Positions 25,073 to 33,409 of a DNA stretch of 36,463 nt are shown in pieces (position 1 is the first letter of the stretch; each line of letters starts with the position of its first letter). The DNA is from a virus. Lineage: Duplodnaviria; Caudoviricetes. The DNA lies in the IMG/VR virus record IMGVR_UViG_3300037046_000017, positions 1 through 36,463 of that record. One strand, 5' to 3'. The translations under genes were made by a program, and so were the position numbers. Under the pieces are notes generated by a model. That model ran no database searches, was not told the DNA's origin, and saw only the letters and a program-made list of their open reading frames with translations.

Positions 25073-26388
25073 CAGGCCAGCCTGCCCATCGACGGATACT
25101 TGATCGGCGCGCCCCAGCTGCTGGTGGGCTCCTCGTAGACGACCGCCCCGAGACCGAAGGCGTCCGCACCGTGGCTTGACCAGTCATGCTCCGGGCCCAG
25201 GCCGATGTCCCGCACCGGGTCGCGCTTCTCGTGATACCAGCCCAGAGCATCGAGCCCGGGGCCGGTGGTGGCCTCGTTGAACCACATCCGAGGAAACAGG
25301 CGACGGGCTTCCTCGATGCGCTTCATCGCCGCCCCTGCGCCCTGATTCGGAACCACCTCGACCGTGAAGCCAGCGCCACGCAGCGCGCTGGCGTAGCTCA
25401 CGTCATGCACCCGGTCGTTCGTATCGCCGTCGTGCGGCAGCCAGATGCTGAGCGTCTTCTCGGTGTAGCCGCGAGAGCGCATCCAGGCCACGTGAGCGCC
25501 CATCGGCTGGCCCTGGGCCTCGTAGTAGTCGAGCACCCTGATCTCGCGGCCGACGAACTGCTCGACCCACACTGAGAATGCATCGGCCTTCGCGCCGGTT
25601 CCGCCGATGTCGACGAAGCCGCGCAGCTGCATCAGCGGGTCGGCGGCCACACGGCCGATGCGCCCCTCCTGGCGCGCCTTCAGCAGCGCGGCCGAGTAGT
25701 AGGCGCCCTCGACCACCGTGGCGAACTCGCCTTCCCAGATGTGCCCGTAGGTCTCAGGCCTCTCTGCCATGTCGCGCTGGCGCTGGCGCTCGAGCTTGGC
25801 CGGGAAGCGCGGGTTGTCGCGCCAGTTCAGCGTCACGCACCGAACGCGCGGGTCTGACGAGTTCGCGAAGCGGCTCTCGACCGCAGCCTTCTTGCGCTTG
25901 GGGTTCCAGGTGACCCACAGCTCTGCGCTCCAGTCCTCGCCCTCCTCGCGCAGCGTCGGGATCAGCACCGACCATGCGGTGTCGCTCACCGGCTCGGCCT
26001 CGTCGACCCAACACAGCAGGATGCGCGACTTTGACTTGACGCTGTCGATGTTGCGGTCAAGGCCCGAAAAGACGTAGCTCACGCGGCCATCGCGCGTGCG
26101 GACGTACTTCTCGCCGACATCGAACGCGCTGGCCAGCCACGCCTCGCTGCTGATCGCGGCCTTGACCTCCTCCAGACTGGAATCGGCCAGGCTGTTCATG
26201 TACTGCCGGCCGCACAGGATGACGCCCTCGCGTCCGGCCTGGGCGTGGATCAGCGCCATCACCGCCGACATCTTGGCGAAGCTGCGCGTCTTGCCTGAGC
26301 CTCGGCCACCCTTGGCAGCGCGCACGTCGGCAGGGCCGCTGAAGAGCGGTATCAGCTTGGGCGGCAGCATCACCTGAACGGTGTTCAT
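25072..26388 (-). CDS. terL: Terminase large subunit (PBSX/Terminase_3-like)
   Basis: KGGRGSGKT Walker A, WVDEAE Walker B, TWNP, nuclease VDIG...HGADAF. Confidence 0.95.
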   Translation of the reverse strand: MNTVQVMLPPKLIPLFSGPADVRAAKGGRGSGKTRSFAKMSAVMALIHAQAGREGVILCGRQYMNSLADSSLEEVKAAISSEAWLASAFDVGEKYVRTRDGRVSYVFSGLDRNIDSVKSKSRILLCWVDEAEPVSDTAWSVLIPTLREEGEDWSAELWVTWNPKRKKAAVESRFANSSDPRVRCVTLNWRDNPRFPAKLERQRQRDMAERPETYGHIWEGEFATVVEGAYYSAALLKARQEGRIGRVAADPLMQLRGFVDIGGTGAKADAFSVWVEQFVGREIRVLDYYEAQGQPMGAHVAWMRSRGYTEKTLSIWLPHDGDTNDRVHDVSYASALRGAGFTVEVVPNQGAGAAMKRIEEARRLFPRMWFNEATTGPGLDALGWYHEKRDPVRDIGLGPEHDWSSHGADAFGLGAVVYEEPTSSWGAPIKYPSMGRLA

Positions 26389-26690
26389 CGCGGCAGGGCC
26401 TCGTCCTTCGGGCCCGGTCCGGCCAGCGGAACGAGCTCGATGCGAGCGATCTGCACCGGACCGCCGCCCTCGCCAGTCACCTGCATCGGCAGCACGCGAC
26501 CGAGCAGCGCCAGGAACGCCGGCGCGGTCTTCTGGTTGCGCGCGCACACCGCGAGGTACTCGACGCCGCCGGCCTTGTCGAGCGCGGCGAGGATCATCTC
26601 CTTCAGCTCGCGCGTTACCTTGTTCGGCACACCCTTGCGGCTGCCGCCTGGCGGCTGCTTCCTGACACTCGACGGCACTTTGCCGTTCAC
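26385..26690 (-). CDS. terS: Terminase small subunit
   Basis: GGSRKGVPNKVTRELKEMIL...GGVEYL...FLALLGRVLPMQVTGEGGGPV; directly upstream of terL. Confidence 0.8.
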   Translation of the reverse strand: MNGKVPSSVRKQPPGGSRKGVPNKVTRELKEMILAALDKAGGVEYLAVCARNQKTAPAFLALLGRVLPMQVTGEGGGPVQIARIELVPLAGPGPKDEALPR

Positions 26691-27133
26691 GCCACCAGCT
26701 CCAGCTGAGGGTGCGCCGCCGGCGCAATGGGCTTGATCGTCACCACGACGCGGGCCTCGCCATCGGGCTCCATGCGGTCCAGCACGATGCGCCGGTGCTG
26801 CTTGTCGTCGACCCAGGCGATGCCGTTGAGCGCGTCGCTGAGCACCTTCTCGGCGTTGCCCAAGTCGATGCACCGCACGTCGTCATCCCACGTCAGCGGA
26901 TCCTTGCGAGCCCGCTTGAGCCAGTCCTGAGGCCGCTGCGGATACAGCTGGACGTGCAGCTCGATGCGGCCGTCGATGGGCTTGGCCAGGCCGGCAGCCG
27001 CGGCGATCTTGGCGACCTCGCGCTTGAACTCCTTCGCCTCGGCCGACGGGTAGGTTTGGGCCCGGTTGCACACGACGGCGGTGCGCCAGTACCGGTTCGC
27101 GCTGGGCGGATAGGGCAGCGTCAGGGTGGTCAT
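26687..27133 (-). CDS. rusA: RusA-family Holliday junction resolvase
   Basis: LPYPPSANRYWR and DLGNAEKVLSDALNGIAWVDDKQ motifs. Confidence 0.9.
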   Translation of the reverse strand: MTTLTLPYPPSANRYWRTAVVCNRAQTYPSAEAKEFKREVAKIAAAAGLAKPIDGRIELHVQLYPQRPQDWLKRARKDPLTWDDDVRCIDLGNAEKVLSDALNGIAWVDDKQHRRIVLDRMEPDGEARVVVTIKPIAPAAHPQLELVA

Positions 27134-27669
27134 GACTTGTCCCCAGCCACCCATCCGCCAAAGCGAGGATCGGCCGCCAGCCGAGCCTTGTGTTCCTGTT
27201 GGATCTGCTCAGGCGTGTCCGTGGGATGGGGACGGGTCCGGAACGGAGTGGAGGCCTGTCCCTGTCCCACTGCGGTGTCCCTGTCCCGTCCAAGTGCGTC
27301 CCTTGGGACACTTGGGACAAAAAACGTTCCGTTTTCGGGCGCGCGCGAGAGTGTCCCAACTTCACATGTCCCGCCGTCATCTGTTTTTGTCCCATTAGTC
27401 GCGGTATCTGTCCCGCAGGATGAGGCGCCATGAAGCTCAATTTTTGAGCAGAAGTCGCACATAAAAGCGGCCGCCAAACGGTGACCTTCTGGGTTGCTGC
27501 GCCGCAGGTGCATGGTGTTCCAGTTGGCTGAAAAGCGGCCGAACTTCGTCGACCACGACAGCCGCAAGGAGCGCCCCTTGCTGACGACGTGCACGACCCA
27601 GGACGGCATGCCGCCGTCTTCTGGATACGCCGGCCAGGGCTCAACCTCGATATGCACTCTCGTGTTCAT
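27130..27669 (-). CDS. Hypothetical protein spanning the iteron cluster
   Basis: Coupled at both ends (ATGA); C-half is low complexity dictated by GGGACA repeats. Confidence 0.5.
   Translation of the reverse strand: MNTRVHIEVEPWPAYPEDGGMPSWVVHVVSKGRSLRLSWSTKFGRFSANWNTMHLRRSNPEGHRLAAAFMCDFCSKIELHGASSCGTDTATNGTKTDDGGTCEVGTLSRAPENGTFFVPSVPRDALGRDRDTAVGQGQASTPFRTRPHPTDTPEQIQQEHKARLAADPRFGGWVAGDKS
27138..27414. repeat. Putative replication origin: clustered TGTCCC/GGGACA iterons
   Basis: TGTCCC at 27138, 27257, 27263, 27276, 27282, 27352, 27367, 27388, 27409; GGGACA at 27305, 27314; downstream of helicase. Confidence 0.7.
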
Positions 27670-29213
27670 GTCTTCGCCTTCAAGGTCAAAACGTGGCCTT
27701 CATGGACTTCCATGAAGCCGCTCTTCACGGCCCAGGAGCGGGCCCGGTAGTACGCCTTGCGCCTGGCCTCGTCGTTCTCTAGGCCGCAGTCTTCGTAGAA
27801 CGCCTTCTTGAGCCCGCGCTCCTCCATCCCGTTCTGCATCAGGCTCAGCAGCAGCTGGTTCTTTCCGCCGCGGCCGGCCTTGACCTCTGCGGCGTTGGCT
27901 TCCTCGATCTCCTCGGCGCTGCTCAGGTGGCGCGCGGCGAGGTGCGACATGGGCTTGCCGTACTTGTCGACGCCCAGGTCGACCTTGCTAAGCACGAAGG
28001 TCGCGTCGTCGAAGCGGTCGCCGTCCTTCATGTGCTGGCAGCTCAGGGTGGCCAGCATTTCCTTCTCGTCGCGCCAGCAGCCGAAGAGGAAATCGGTGTT
28101 GGCCTGGATGGCGCTGCTGCCGCGGGGGCGCTCGGTGGCCGTGTGGCCGCTGTGGTGCACCACAACGACCGTGCACTTCCACAGGTCCCTGAAGCGCGCG
28201 CCGATCTCGCGCAGATAGCTCGCCATGTCGGTGGCGCTGTTCTCCTCGCCGCCGGCCGTGTAGGTCTGGCTGAGCGTGTCGACGACCACCAGCTTGGGCG
28301 TGATCGCCACCGTGGACTGCACGGCGTCGACGACGCGCCAGGCCTCGGTGCCCAGGTCGATGCTGGCCGGGATGCCGACCAGCTGCTTGCTCGGCGCCAG
28401 CCGGCGCGCGCGGTGCCAGGCGTTGACGCGGTGGCCGAAGCTCTTGCCGCCCTCGGCGGCGATCCAAAGCACGGGGCCCTGCTCGGTGCGCCTTCCCAGC
28501 CACGGCAGGCCGTGCACGATGTGCAGCGCGGCATCGAGCGCCAGGAAACTCTTGAACGTGCCGCTTGCGCCGTAGAGCATGCCGAGCGACTGCTCCGGGA
28601 AGATGCCGTCGCACAGCCAGGTCATCGACGATGCCTCCTCGATGAGCTGCGGCCCGGTGAGCACCGGCAGCCGGCGCGCGCCGCCGACGCGGCGCTGCTC
28701 CTGGATCTGGGACAACTTCGTCCGCGCGGCGTCCAGCAGCGAGCTGACAGGCCTGCCCTTGAGGTTGAACGCCGCGGCGGCCATCTCGTCGGCCGCTGCG
28801 ATGACAGCTCGCGCTGTGGCGCGCTCTGCCACGATCTCGGCGTAGCGGCGGATGTTGGTGGCGCTGGGTACGCAGCTGGCCAGCTCGTTGAGGTAGACCA
28901 GGCCGCCGACCTCTTGGGCCTTGCCGAGCGCCTGCAGCTGCTCGAAGACGGTGATGACATCCACCGCCTGGCCCGCGGTGGCCAGTTCGTCGATGACCCC
29001 GAAAATCGTTCGGTGCTCGTGACGGTAGAAGTCGGCCTGCGTCACGACATCGGCGATGCGGCCGAGCGCCGAGGGGTCGAGCAGCAGGCCGCCGAGGGTG
29101 GAGTGCTCGGCCTCCACGGAGTGCGGCGGCGTGCGCAGCCGACTCTCGTCTTCCGGCGGCGGAGGTTCGTGCCCGAAGTCGGCCGGGTTGATGGGTATCA
29201 CGCGAGCGTTCAC
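27666..29213 (-). CDS. Replicative helicase: DnaB N-terminal domain fused to RepA/AAA_25-type RecA-fold ATPase
   Basis: PPHSVEAEHSTLGGLL...DFYRHEHRTIF...VPSATNIRRYAEIV (DnaB NTD); GASGTFKS, VVVDTL, VVHHSG, RGSSA. Confidence 0.88.
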   Translation of the reverse strand: MNARVIPINPADFGHEPPPPEDESRLRTPPHSVEAEHSTLGGLLLDPSALGRIADVVTQADFYRHEHRTIFGVIDELATAGQAVDVITVFEQLQALGKAQEVGGLVYLNELASCVPSATNIRRYAEIVAERATARAVIAAADEMAAAAFNLKGRPVSSLLDAARTKLSQIQEQRRVGGARRLPVLTGPQLIEEASSMTWLCDGIFPEQSLGMLYGASGTFKSFLALDAALHIVHGLPWLGRRTEQGPVLWIAAEGGKSFGHRVNAWHRARRLAPSKQLVGIPASIDLGTEAWRVVDAVQSTVAITPKLVVVDTLSQTYTAGGEENSATDMASYLREIGARFRDLWKCTVVVVHHSGHTATERPRGSSAIQANTDFLFGCWRDEKEMLATLSCQHMKDGDRFDDATFVLSKVDLGVDKYGKPMSHLAARHLSSAEEIEEANAAEVKAGRGGKNQLLLSLMQNGMEERGLKKAFYEDCGLENDEARRKAYYRARSWAVKSGFMEVHEGHVLTLKAKT

Positions 29214-29719
29214 GAGTCCGATCTGTCCAGATACCGCCCCGGCCCCATCGACGCGAACCCGCCGACGACGCGCGTGCTCGGGTCGACCTGATAGCGGGCA
29301 TCGAACGCCGGCATGCCTGGCACCACCGTGCGCTTGACGCCAGCGGGCGTGATGGCCTGCGGCGCCGACTTCGACGGCAGGCTGGCCCAGTGCGCGCCCT
29401 TCTTGCGGTTGCTCGGGTCGACCAGCGTGGCGAAGTTCATCGGCTTCAGCTTGGCCGGCTTGGGCCGCGGCGAGAGGTCTGCAGACTGCTCCCACTTCCT
29501 CGCCTCGGCCGGGTCGGTGAAGAACTGCACCGCCGGCATGCCGCGGCCGTGCGCCGCGGGCCGCTGAGCGCGGATCACCTCGCCTGCGGCCACCATCTCG
29601 TCGAGCATGGTGCGGCCCGCGTCGCGGCGCGGCACGCTGAACGAGCCGATGATTCCGTAGCGCGAGTCACCACCCGGGCGGCCGGCGCGGTAGAGGATCT
29701 GCTCCCGAACGGTTCTCAT
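29210..29719 (-). CDS. Hypothetical protein (possible winged helix)
   Basis: Coupled to both neighbours; GGGAGG RBS. Confidence 0.7.
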   Translation of the reverse strand: MRTVREQILYRAGRPGGDSRYGIIGSFSVPRRDAGRTMLDEMVAAGEVIRAQRPAAHGRGMPAVQFFTDPAEARKWEQSADLSPRPKPAKLKPMNFATLVDPSNRKKGAHWASLPSKSAPQAITPAGVKRTVVPGMPAFDARYQVDPSTRVVGGFASMGPGRYLDRSDS

Positions 29720-30630
29720 GCGGCCTCCCGCAGTGCTTGGATGACGTCACAGGCATGCGGTGGCGCGACGGCGTTGCCGAGCAGGCGCCACGCCAGCGCT
29801 TCGTTCGCCGGCAGCTGGTAGCCCGCCGGGAATCCCATGAGCGCCCTGCCCTCGGCGGCGCTGACCATGCGCATGCGGTCGCCGTCGACCACGGCCCAGC
29901 GGGCGCGCGTCGTCAGGGTGCCGATGGGACGGTCGATGCTGCGGCCGGTCTCGCCGCTGCCGCTGCCGTAGTAGGGCGCGACGAAACGCGGGCCGAAGGC
30001 GCGTCGACCGGCTTCCACGCGCGCCAGCGTGCGGACGCTGCGGCCGGGCTTGGCCACCGGCGACCACCGGCCGGCACTGAAGTCGATGACGCTGGCCGCC
30101 GGCACGTGCACGCGCCGCGGCAGATCAAGCTGGATCGGATGCTTGGACCGCGTGGCCACGATGAACAGCCGGCGACGATGCTGGGCCACACCGTGGTCTG
30201 CTGCGTCCAGCACCATCGGTGCCAGCGCGTAGCCCAAGGCATGCAGCGAGGCGCACCACGCCGGGTACAGCACCCAGCGCGCCAGCTCCGGCACGTTCTC
30301 GACCACCACGGCAGCGGGCCGGTGCACCTCGGCGCAGGTGACGACCGCCCAGGCTGTGGCGCGCTGCGCGTCGTGGTGCGGCTTGTCGACGCCGCGCGCC
30401 GGACTGTGGCCCTGGCATGCAGGCGAGGCCAGCAGCAGGTCATGAGCGGGCGCGTCGCGGAAGTCGGCCTGCTGCAAGTCCTGGCAGGCATGCAGCGTGC
30501 CGGGGTGGTTGACGCTGTGCCATTGCACGGCCGCAGGCCAGTGGTTCGCGGCCCAGAGCACGCGGGCCCCGGCCATGGTGGCGCCGGTGCTGAATCCGCC
30601 GGCACCGGCGAAGAGGTCGATGACGTTCAT
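29716..30630 (-). CDS. DNA (cytosine-5) methyltransferase, orphan
   Basis: DLFAGAGG (I), SPACQGHS (IV), ENV (VI), QHRRR (VIII), LGNAV (X). Confidence 0.95.
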   Translation of the reverse strand: MNVIDLFAGAGGFSTGATMAGARVLWAANHWPAAVQWHSVNHPGTLHACQDLQQADFRDAPAHDLLLASPACQGHSPARGVDKPHHDAQRATAWAVVTCAEVHRPAAVVVENVPELARWVLYPAWCASLHALGYALAPMVLDAADHGVAQHRRRLFIVATRSKHPIQLDLPRRVHVPAASVIDFSAGRWSPVAKPGRSVRTLARVEAGRRAFGPRFVAPYYGSGSGETGRSIDRPIGTLTTRARWAVVDGDRMRMVSAAEGRALMGFPAGYQLPANEALAWRLLGNAVAPPHACDVIQALREAA

Positions 30631-30995
30631 GCCCCCGCCGCCTTCAACGAAGCCACCAGCTGCGCCAGCTCGGGCAGCAGGCCCTCGACGCGCGAGAGCA
30701 CCCGGGCCTGGCGGTGCGTGTCGTCGTCCATGAACTTGGCCGCCAGGTACTCGACCACGGCTGCAGCGTCACCGGTGCTGGAAAGCCACGCCTCGAGGTC
30801 GTCCAGGTTGAAGCGCTGCGTGTCACCCTCGGACGGGTTCAGCTTGCGGCTGAGCGTGCTGGGGGCCATGTCCATGTCGGCGGCCTGCGTCTTGAGCTGC
30901 TTGCTCACCACGACCGAGCGGTGCGCGATGTACTGCCGCAGCGTGGGGAAGCGCTCGGGCAGCGCGGGCTGAAAGTTGAGGGTCAACTGCGACAT
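30627..30995 (-). CDS. CII-like phage transcriptional regulator
   Basis: AADMDMAPSTLSRKLNP HTH; position downstream of cro. Confidence 0.7.
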   Translation of the reverse strand: MSQLTLNFQPALPERFPTLRQYIAHRSVVVSKQLKTQAADMDMAPSTLSRKLNPSEGDTQRFNLDDLEAWLSSTGDAAAVVEYLAAKFMDDDTHRQARVLSRVEGLLPELAQLVASLKAAGA

Positions 30996-31076
30996 GGTCA
31001 GTACCCCGCAACCTGCGTTGCCATCTCGTACCGTCTCGAAAAACCGGAAGCGCTGGACAGTGCAGTCATGGCCTTC

Positions 31077-31301
31077 CTACCTTCCGCGCCACTCGACGCC
31101 GTTGTGCACCGCAGGCATGCGGTCGACGCAGTCCCACACACCACCCGGGCCCAGGCTGGCCGCGGGCCTCAGCTGCGGCTGCGTGTTGCGCACCCCGTGG
31201 CGGCCGCACGCGATGCACAGGCCCAGAGTGCGGCCGGAGATCAACACGAAGCCCGGGCAGCCCTGGACTTCTCCAGCGTCAACGGTGATGGCGTCGTTCA
31301 T
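31077..31301 (-). CDS. Small Cys-rich hypothetical protein
   Basis: CPG...CIAC...WDC; closely packed in the cro operon. Confidence 0.6.
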   Translation of the reverse strand: MNDAITVDAGEVQGCPGFVLISGRTLGLCIACGRHGVRNTQPQLRPAASLGPGGVWDCVDRMPAVHNGVEWRGR

Positions 31302-31304
31302 CGG

Positions 31305-31517
31305 TCAGTCCACCGTGGCGCGCAAGGCGGGCCCGGGCCGCGCGGCGGCGCGCATGAGAGGGCTCTCCACATCCGCCGGGTTGACCACGACACCGATGGG
31401 CTGGCGCTGCGCGCGCAGCTCGCGGCACTCCAGCCCGTTGGCCAGCTTGCCGTCGACGACTTGGCCGCCGCGGCAAAGACCGGGGAAGCACGGGCAATGC
31501 TGGGCGCATCCGTCCAT
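31305..31517 (-). CDS. Small Cys-rich hypothetical protein
   Basis: CAQHCPCFPGLC...C; closely packed. Confidence 0.55.
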   Translation of the reverse strand: MDGCAQHCPCFPGLCRGGQVVDGKLANGLECRELRAQRQPIGVVVNPADVESPLMRAAARPGPALRATVD

Positions 31518-31575
31518 GGGTCAGACCTGCGCGGTGGTGGTGGCCTGCGGTCGCGCGAGCTGCAGAATCCGGCCC

Positions 31576-31866
31576 ATGACCAAGAGCCCCCGCTTCGCGC
31601 CGGCCAGCGCCGTGACACTGGCGCGAACCGATGCGCTGCTGCGCCTGCTGTCCATCGTCGTGACCTTCATTCTTTGGTACTCGCTTGCGCTGGCGGCACT
31701 GGCGTTGTGGGCCCAGCATCCGCACGAACTCGAAAGATGGTTCCAGGCCGCAACCGCAGCAGGTCTTGCACCTCTTGCGGCAGTGGTCGTGACGTGGCGC
31801 GGCGTGGAATGGGCGCTGGCGCGCTGGGTTGCGCACTACGTGCAAACGCACATCGAAAGCGACTGA
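31576..31866 (+). CDS. Two-TM membrane protein antisense to the cro operon
   Basis: LLSIVVTFILWYSLALAALALW and AAGLAPLAAVVVTW; CAGAAT 7 nt before ATG. Confidence 0.55.
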   Translation: MTKSPRFAPASAVTLARTDALLRLLSIVVTFILWYSLALAALALWAQHPHELERWFQAATAAGLAPLAAVVVTWRGVEWALARWVAHYVQTHIESD

Positions 31867-31877
31867 GCCAGCTCATC

Positions 31878-32096
31878 TCAGGCTCCCTGCGCTGCGGTGG
31901 CTGGCTCCGGGATGGGCGGCAAGTCGCCCGAGTCGTACAGCGCGCGAATCGCTTCGCCGGTGCTGTGCTTCGGGTCAACGGTCACGCCTCGCCGAAGGTC
32001 GCTGACGGCAGATTGCGCTATGCCCAGGCGCTCAGCGAGTAGCGCTTGGGTCCAGCCGCGTTGCCGCAGTGTTTCAAGGATGGCAGGCCAGTTCAT
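31878..32096 (-). CDS. cro: Cro-like repressor
   Basis: WTQALLAERLGIAQSAVSDL XRE HTH; divergent from the cI-like gene. Confidence 0.85.
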   Translation of the reverse strand: MNWPAILETLRQRGWTQALLAERLGIAQSAVSDLRRGVTVDPKHSTGEAIRALYDSGDLPPIPEPATAAQGA

Positions 32097-32103
32097 GGCG
32101 GCC

Positions 32104-32147
32104 ATCATATCGCCCCGGCGATATTGGTCAAGCATCGCCCGGGCGAT
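32104..32147 (-). promoter_or_regulatory. PR-like promoter with two operators
   Basis: TTGACC(32131-26)-16-TATGAT(32109-04); palindromes ATATCGCC-CC-GGCGATAT 32107-24 and ATCGCC-CG-GGCGAT 32134-47. Confidence 0.85.
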
Positions 32148-32180
32148 TTTGCGGAGGCCCGTCGCTGGGAGAGTGCGTGG

Positions 32181-32549
32181 ATGCACGCATCTGACCCCTG
32201 CAGCCCGGGAAGCCGCTTCCAGACCGCACGAAAGCGCGCAAAGCTCACACAGATCGAGGTGGCCAAGGCCGCCGGTGTCGCTCAGTCCACGGTTTCAGAC
32301 TTCGAAAGCGGAAAGACCGACGACATCATGGCGGCCAATTTGGTGCGCATGTGCCTGGCGGTCAGCGTGCCTGTGGAGTACGTCATGCTGGGCTCGCGGG
32401 CCGCGCGCGATGACGAGGAGGCCGAGCTTATTTCTCTGCTGCGCGGCGCCGCCGATGACCAAGTGCGCAGCGCGTTGAAGTCCGTGCGAGGAATCGTCGC
32501 GCCAGACATCGCGGCGCCAAGGAAACGACTTGCCAACGGCGGACGATGA
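32181..32549 (+). CDS. CI-like XRE repressor lacking an S24 peptidase domain
   Basis: RFQTARKRAKLTQIEVAKAAGVAQSTVSDFESG HTH; 122 aa with a short helical C-terminus. Confidence 0.85.
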   Translation: MHASDPCSPGSRFQTARKRAKLTQIEVAKAAGVAQSTVSDFESGKTDDIMAANLVRMCLAVSVPVEYVMLGSRAARDDEEAELISLLRGAADDQVRSALKSVRGIVAPDIAAPRKRLANGGR

Positions 32550-32689
32550 GCAACGTGTACACCATGCCGCACCGCAGGCGAGCGCCCAATCCCGCGCCTC
32601 AGGGGAGCCTGTCAGCTCTTACACCACGCGAACCAGGGGAATCACTCTCCAAGGTGATCGACATCCGCCGAGCCTGGGGGCTGTTCTGA
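32546..32689 (+). CDS. 47-aa hypothetical peptide (MSNVYTMP...KVIDIRRAWGLF)
   Basis: ATGA overlap with repressor stop and TGATG overlap with next gene. Confidence 0.5.
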   Translation: MSNVYTMPHRRRAPNPAPQGSLSALTPREPGESLSKVIDIRRAWGLF

Positions 32690-32964
32690 TGAGCTGGATC
32701 GTCGTTGCTGTTCAGATCATCGGTGGCGTGGTGCTATTCGCACTCGCTGTAGCGGCGGCCGACATGGGCACGCGCATCGTTTGCGCCGTGTTCTTCGCGA
32801 TGTGGTGCATCGACGTGCGGCTGCAGTCCTTGACCCATGAGGCCGTCGCGCTGCGGCTTACTCTGGAGCGCGAGCTGCAAGAGGTGCGCGCATCTGCCGC
32901 CAGGGATTCGAAGAGTCTGGCGGCGCTTGCCAGTCGTTCGCCGCCTGCCACTGATCTTGAATAG
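32689..32964 (+). CDS. Two-TM membrane protein with C-terminal coiled coil (immunity-operon accessory gene)
   Basis: WIVVAVQIIGGVVLFALAVAA and IVCAVFFAMWCI. Confidence 0.7.
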   Translation: MSWIVVAVQIIGGVVLFALAVAAADMGTRIVCAVFFAMWCIDVRLQSLTHEAVALRLTLERELQEVRASAARDSKSLAALASRSPPATDLE

Positions 32965-33002
32965 GCGGATCGCATGCCGCCTGCCACCGGGGACGATGGG
33001 TC

Positions 33003-33227
33003 ATGAAAACACCGGAATTCTTCTGCACCGGCCTGGCCGGCATCGCTGCCGACGGTCCCAACGTGCAACTGTCCTTTGCCAGCTTCACGCCCAACCTGGC
33101 GAACAACGATCGCACGTATGAAGTGAACGTCCGCATAGTCATGTCCTCTGATTCCTTGACCCAGATGGTGGAGTTCCTGCAGCGATCGAAGGCCGGCCAG
33201 CTGCCCGATGCAGCGCCACCCAACTGA
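33003..33227 (+). CDS. 74-aa hypothetical protein (beta-beta-beta-alpha-like)
   Basis: NVQLSFASF...VNVRIVMSSDSLTQMVEFL; ends just before a terminator. Confidence 0.7.
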   Translation: MKTPEFFCTGLAGIAADGPNVQLSFASFTPNLANNDRTYEVNVRIVMSSDSLTQMVEFLQRSKAGQLPDAAPPN

Positions 33228-33246
33228 CGATGCCGCATCCCTGACG

Positions 33247-33270
33247 AAGCCGCCCCCAAGGCGGCTTTTT
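33247..33270 (+). terminator. Intrinsic terminator closing the repressor operon
   Basis: AAGCCGCC-CCAA-GGCGGCTT-TTT. Confidence 0.85.
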
Positions 33271-33311
33271 CACGTCTGGGATGAGCGCCGCTGAAAAATT
33301 CTCGCAGAAAT

Positions 33312-33353
33312 ATCGCCCGAGCGATTGACATATAATATCGCCTAGGCGATAGT
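33312..33353 (+). promoter_or_regulatory. PL-like promoter with two operators
   Basis: TTGACA(33325-30)-17-GATAGT(33348-53); ATCGCC-CG-AGCGAT 33312-25 and TATCGCC-TA-GGCGATA 33336-51. Confidence 0.88.
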
Positions 33354-33409
33354 TGACCCCGCCGCACCACTCCAAGCCCCGCCGGGGCAGTGGCGCGAAG
33401 GGGATGCAG

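Noticed and set aside
29716-30630. Restriction-modification system
   Set aside because: No adjacent endonuclease; orphan methyltransferases are common in temperate phages
30998-31069. 23-aa ORF upstream of the CII-like gene
   Set aside because: Has an RBS-like sequence but is too short and featureless to support
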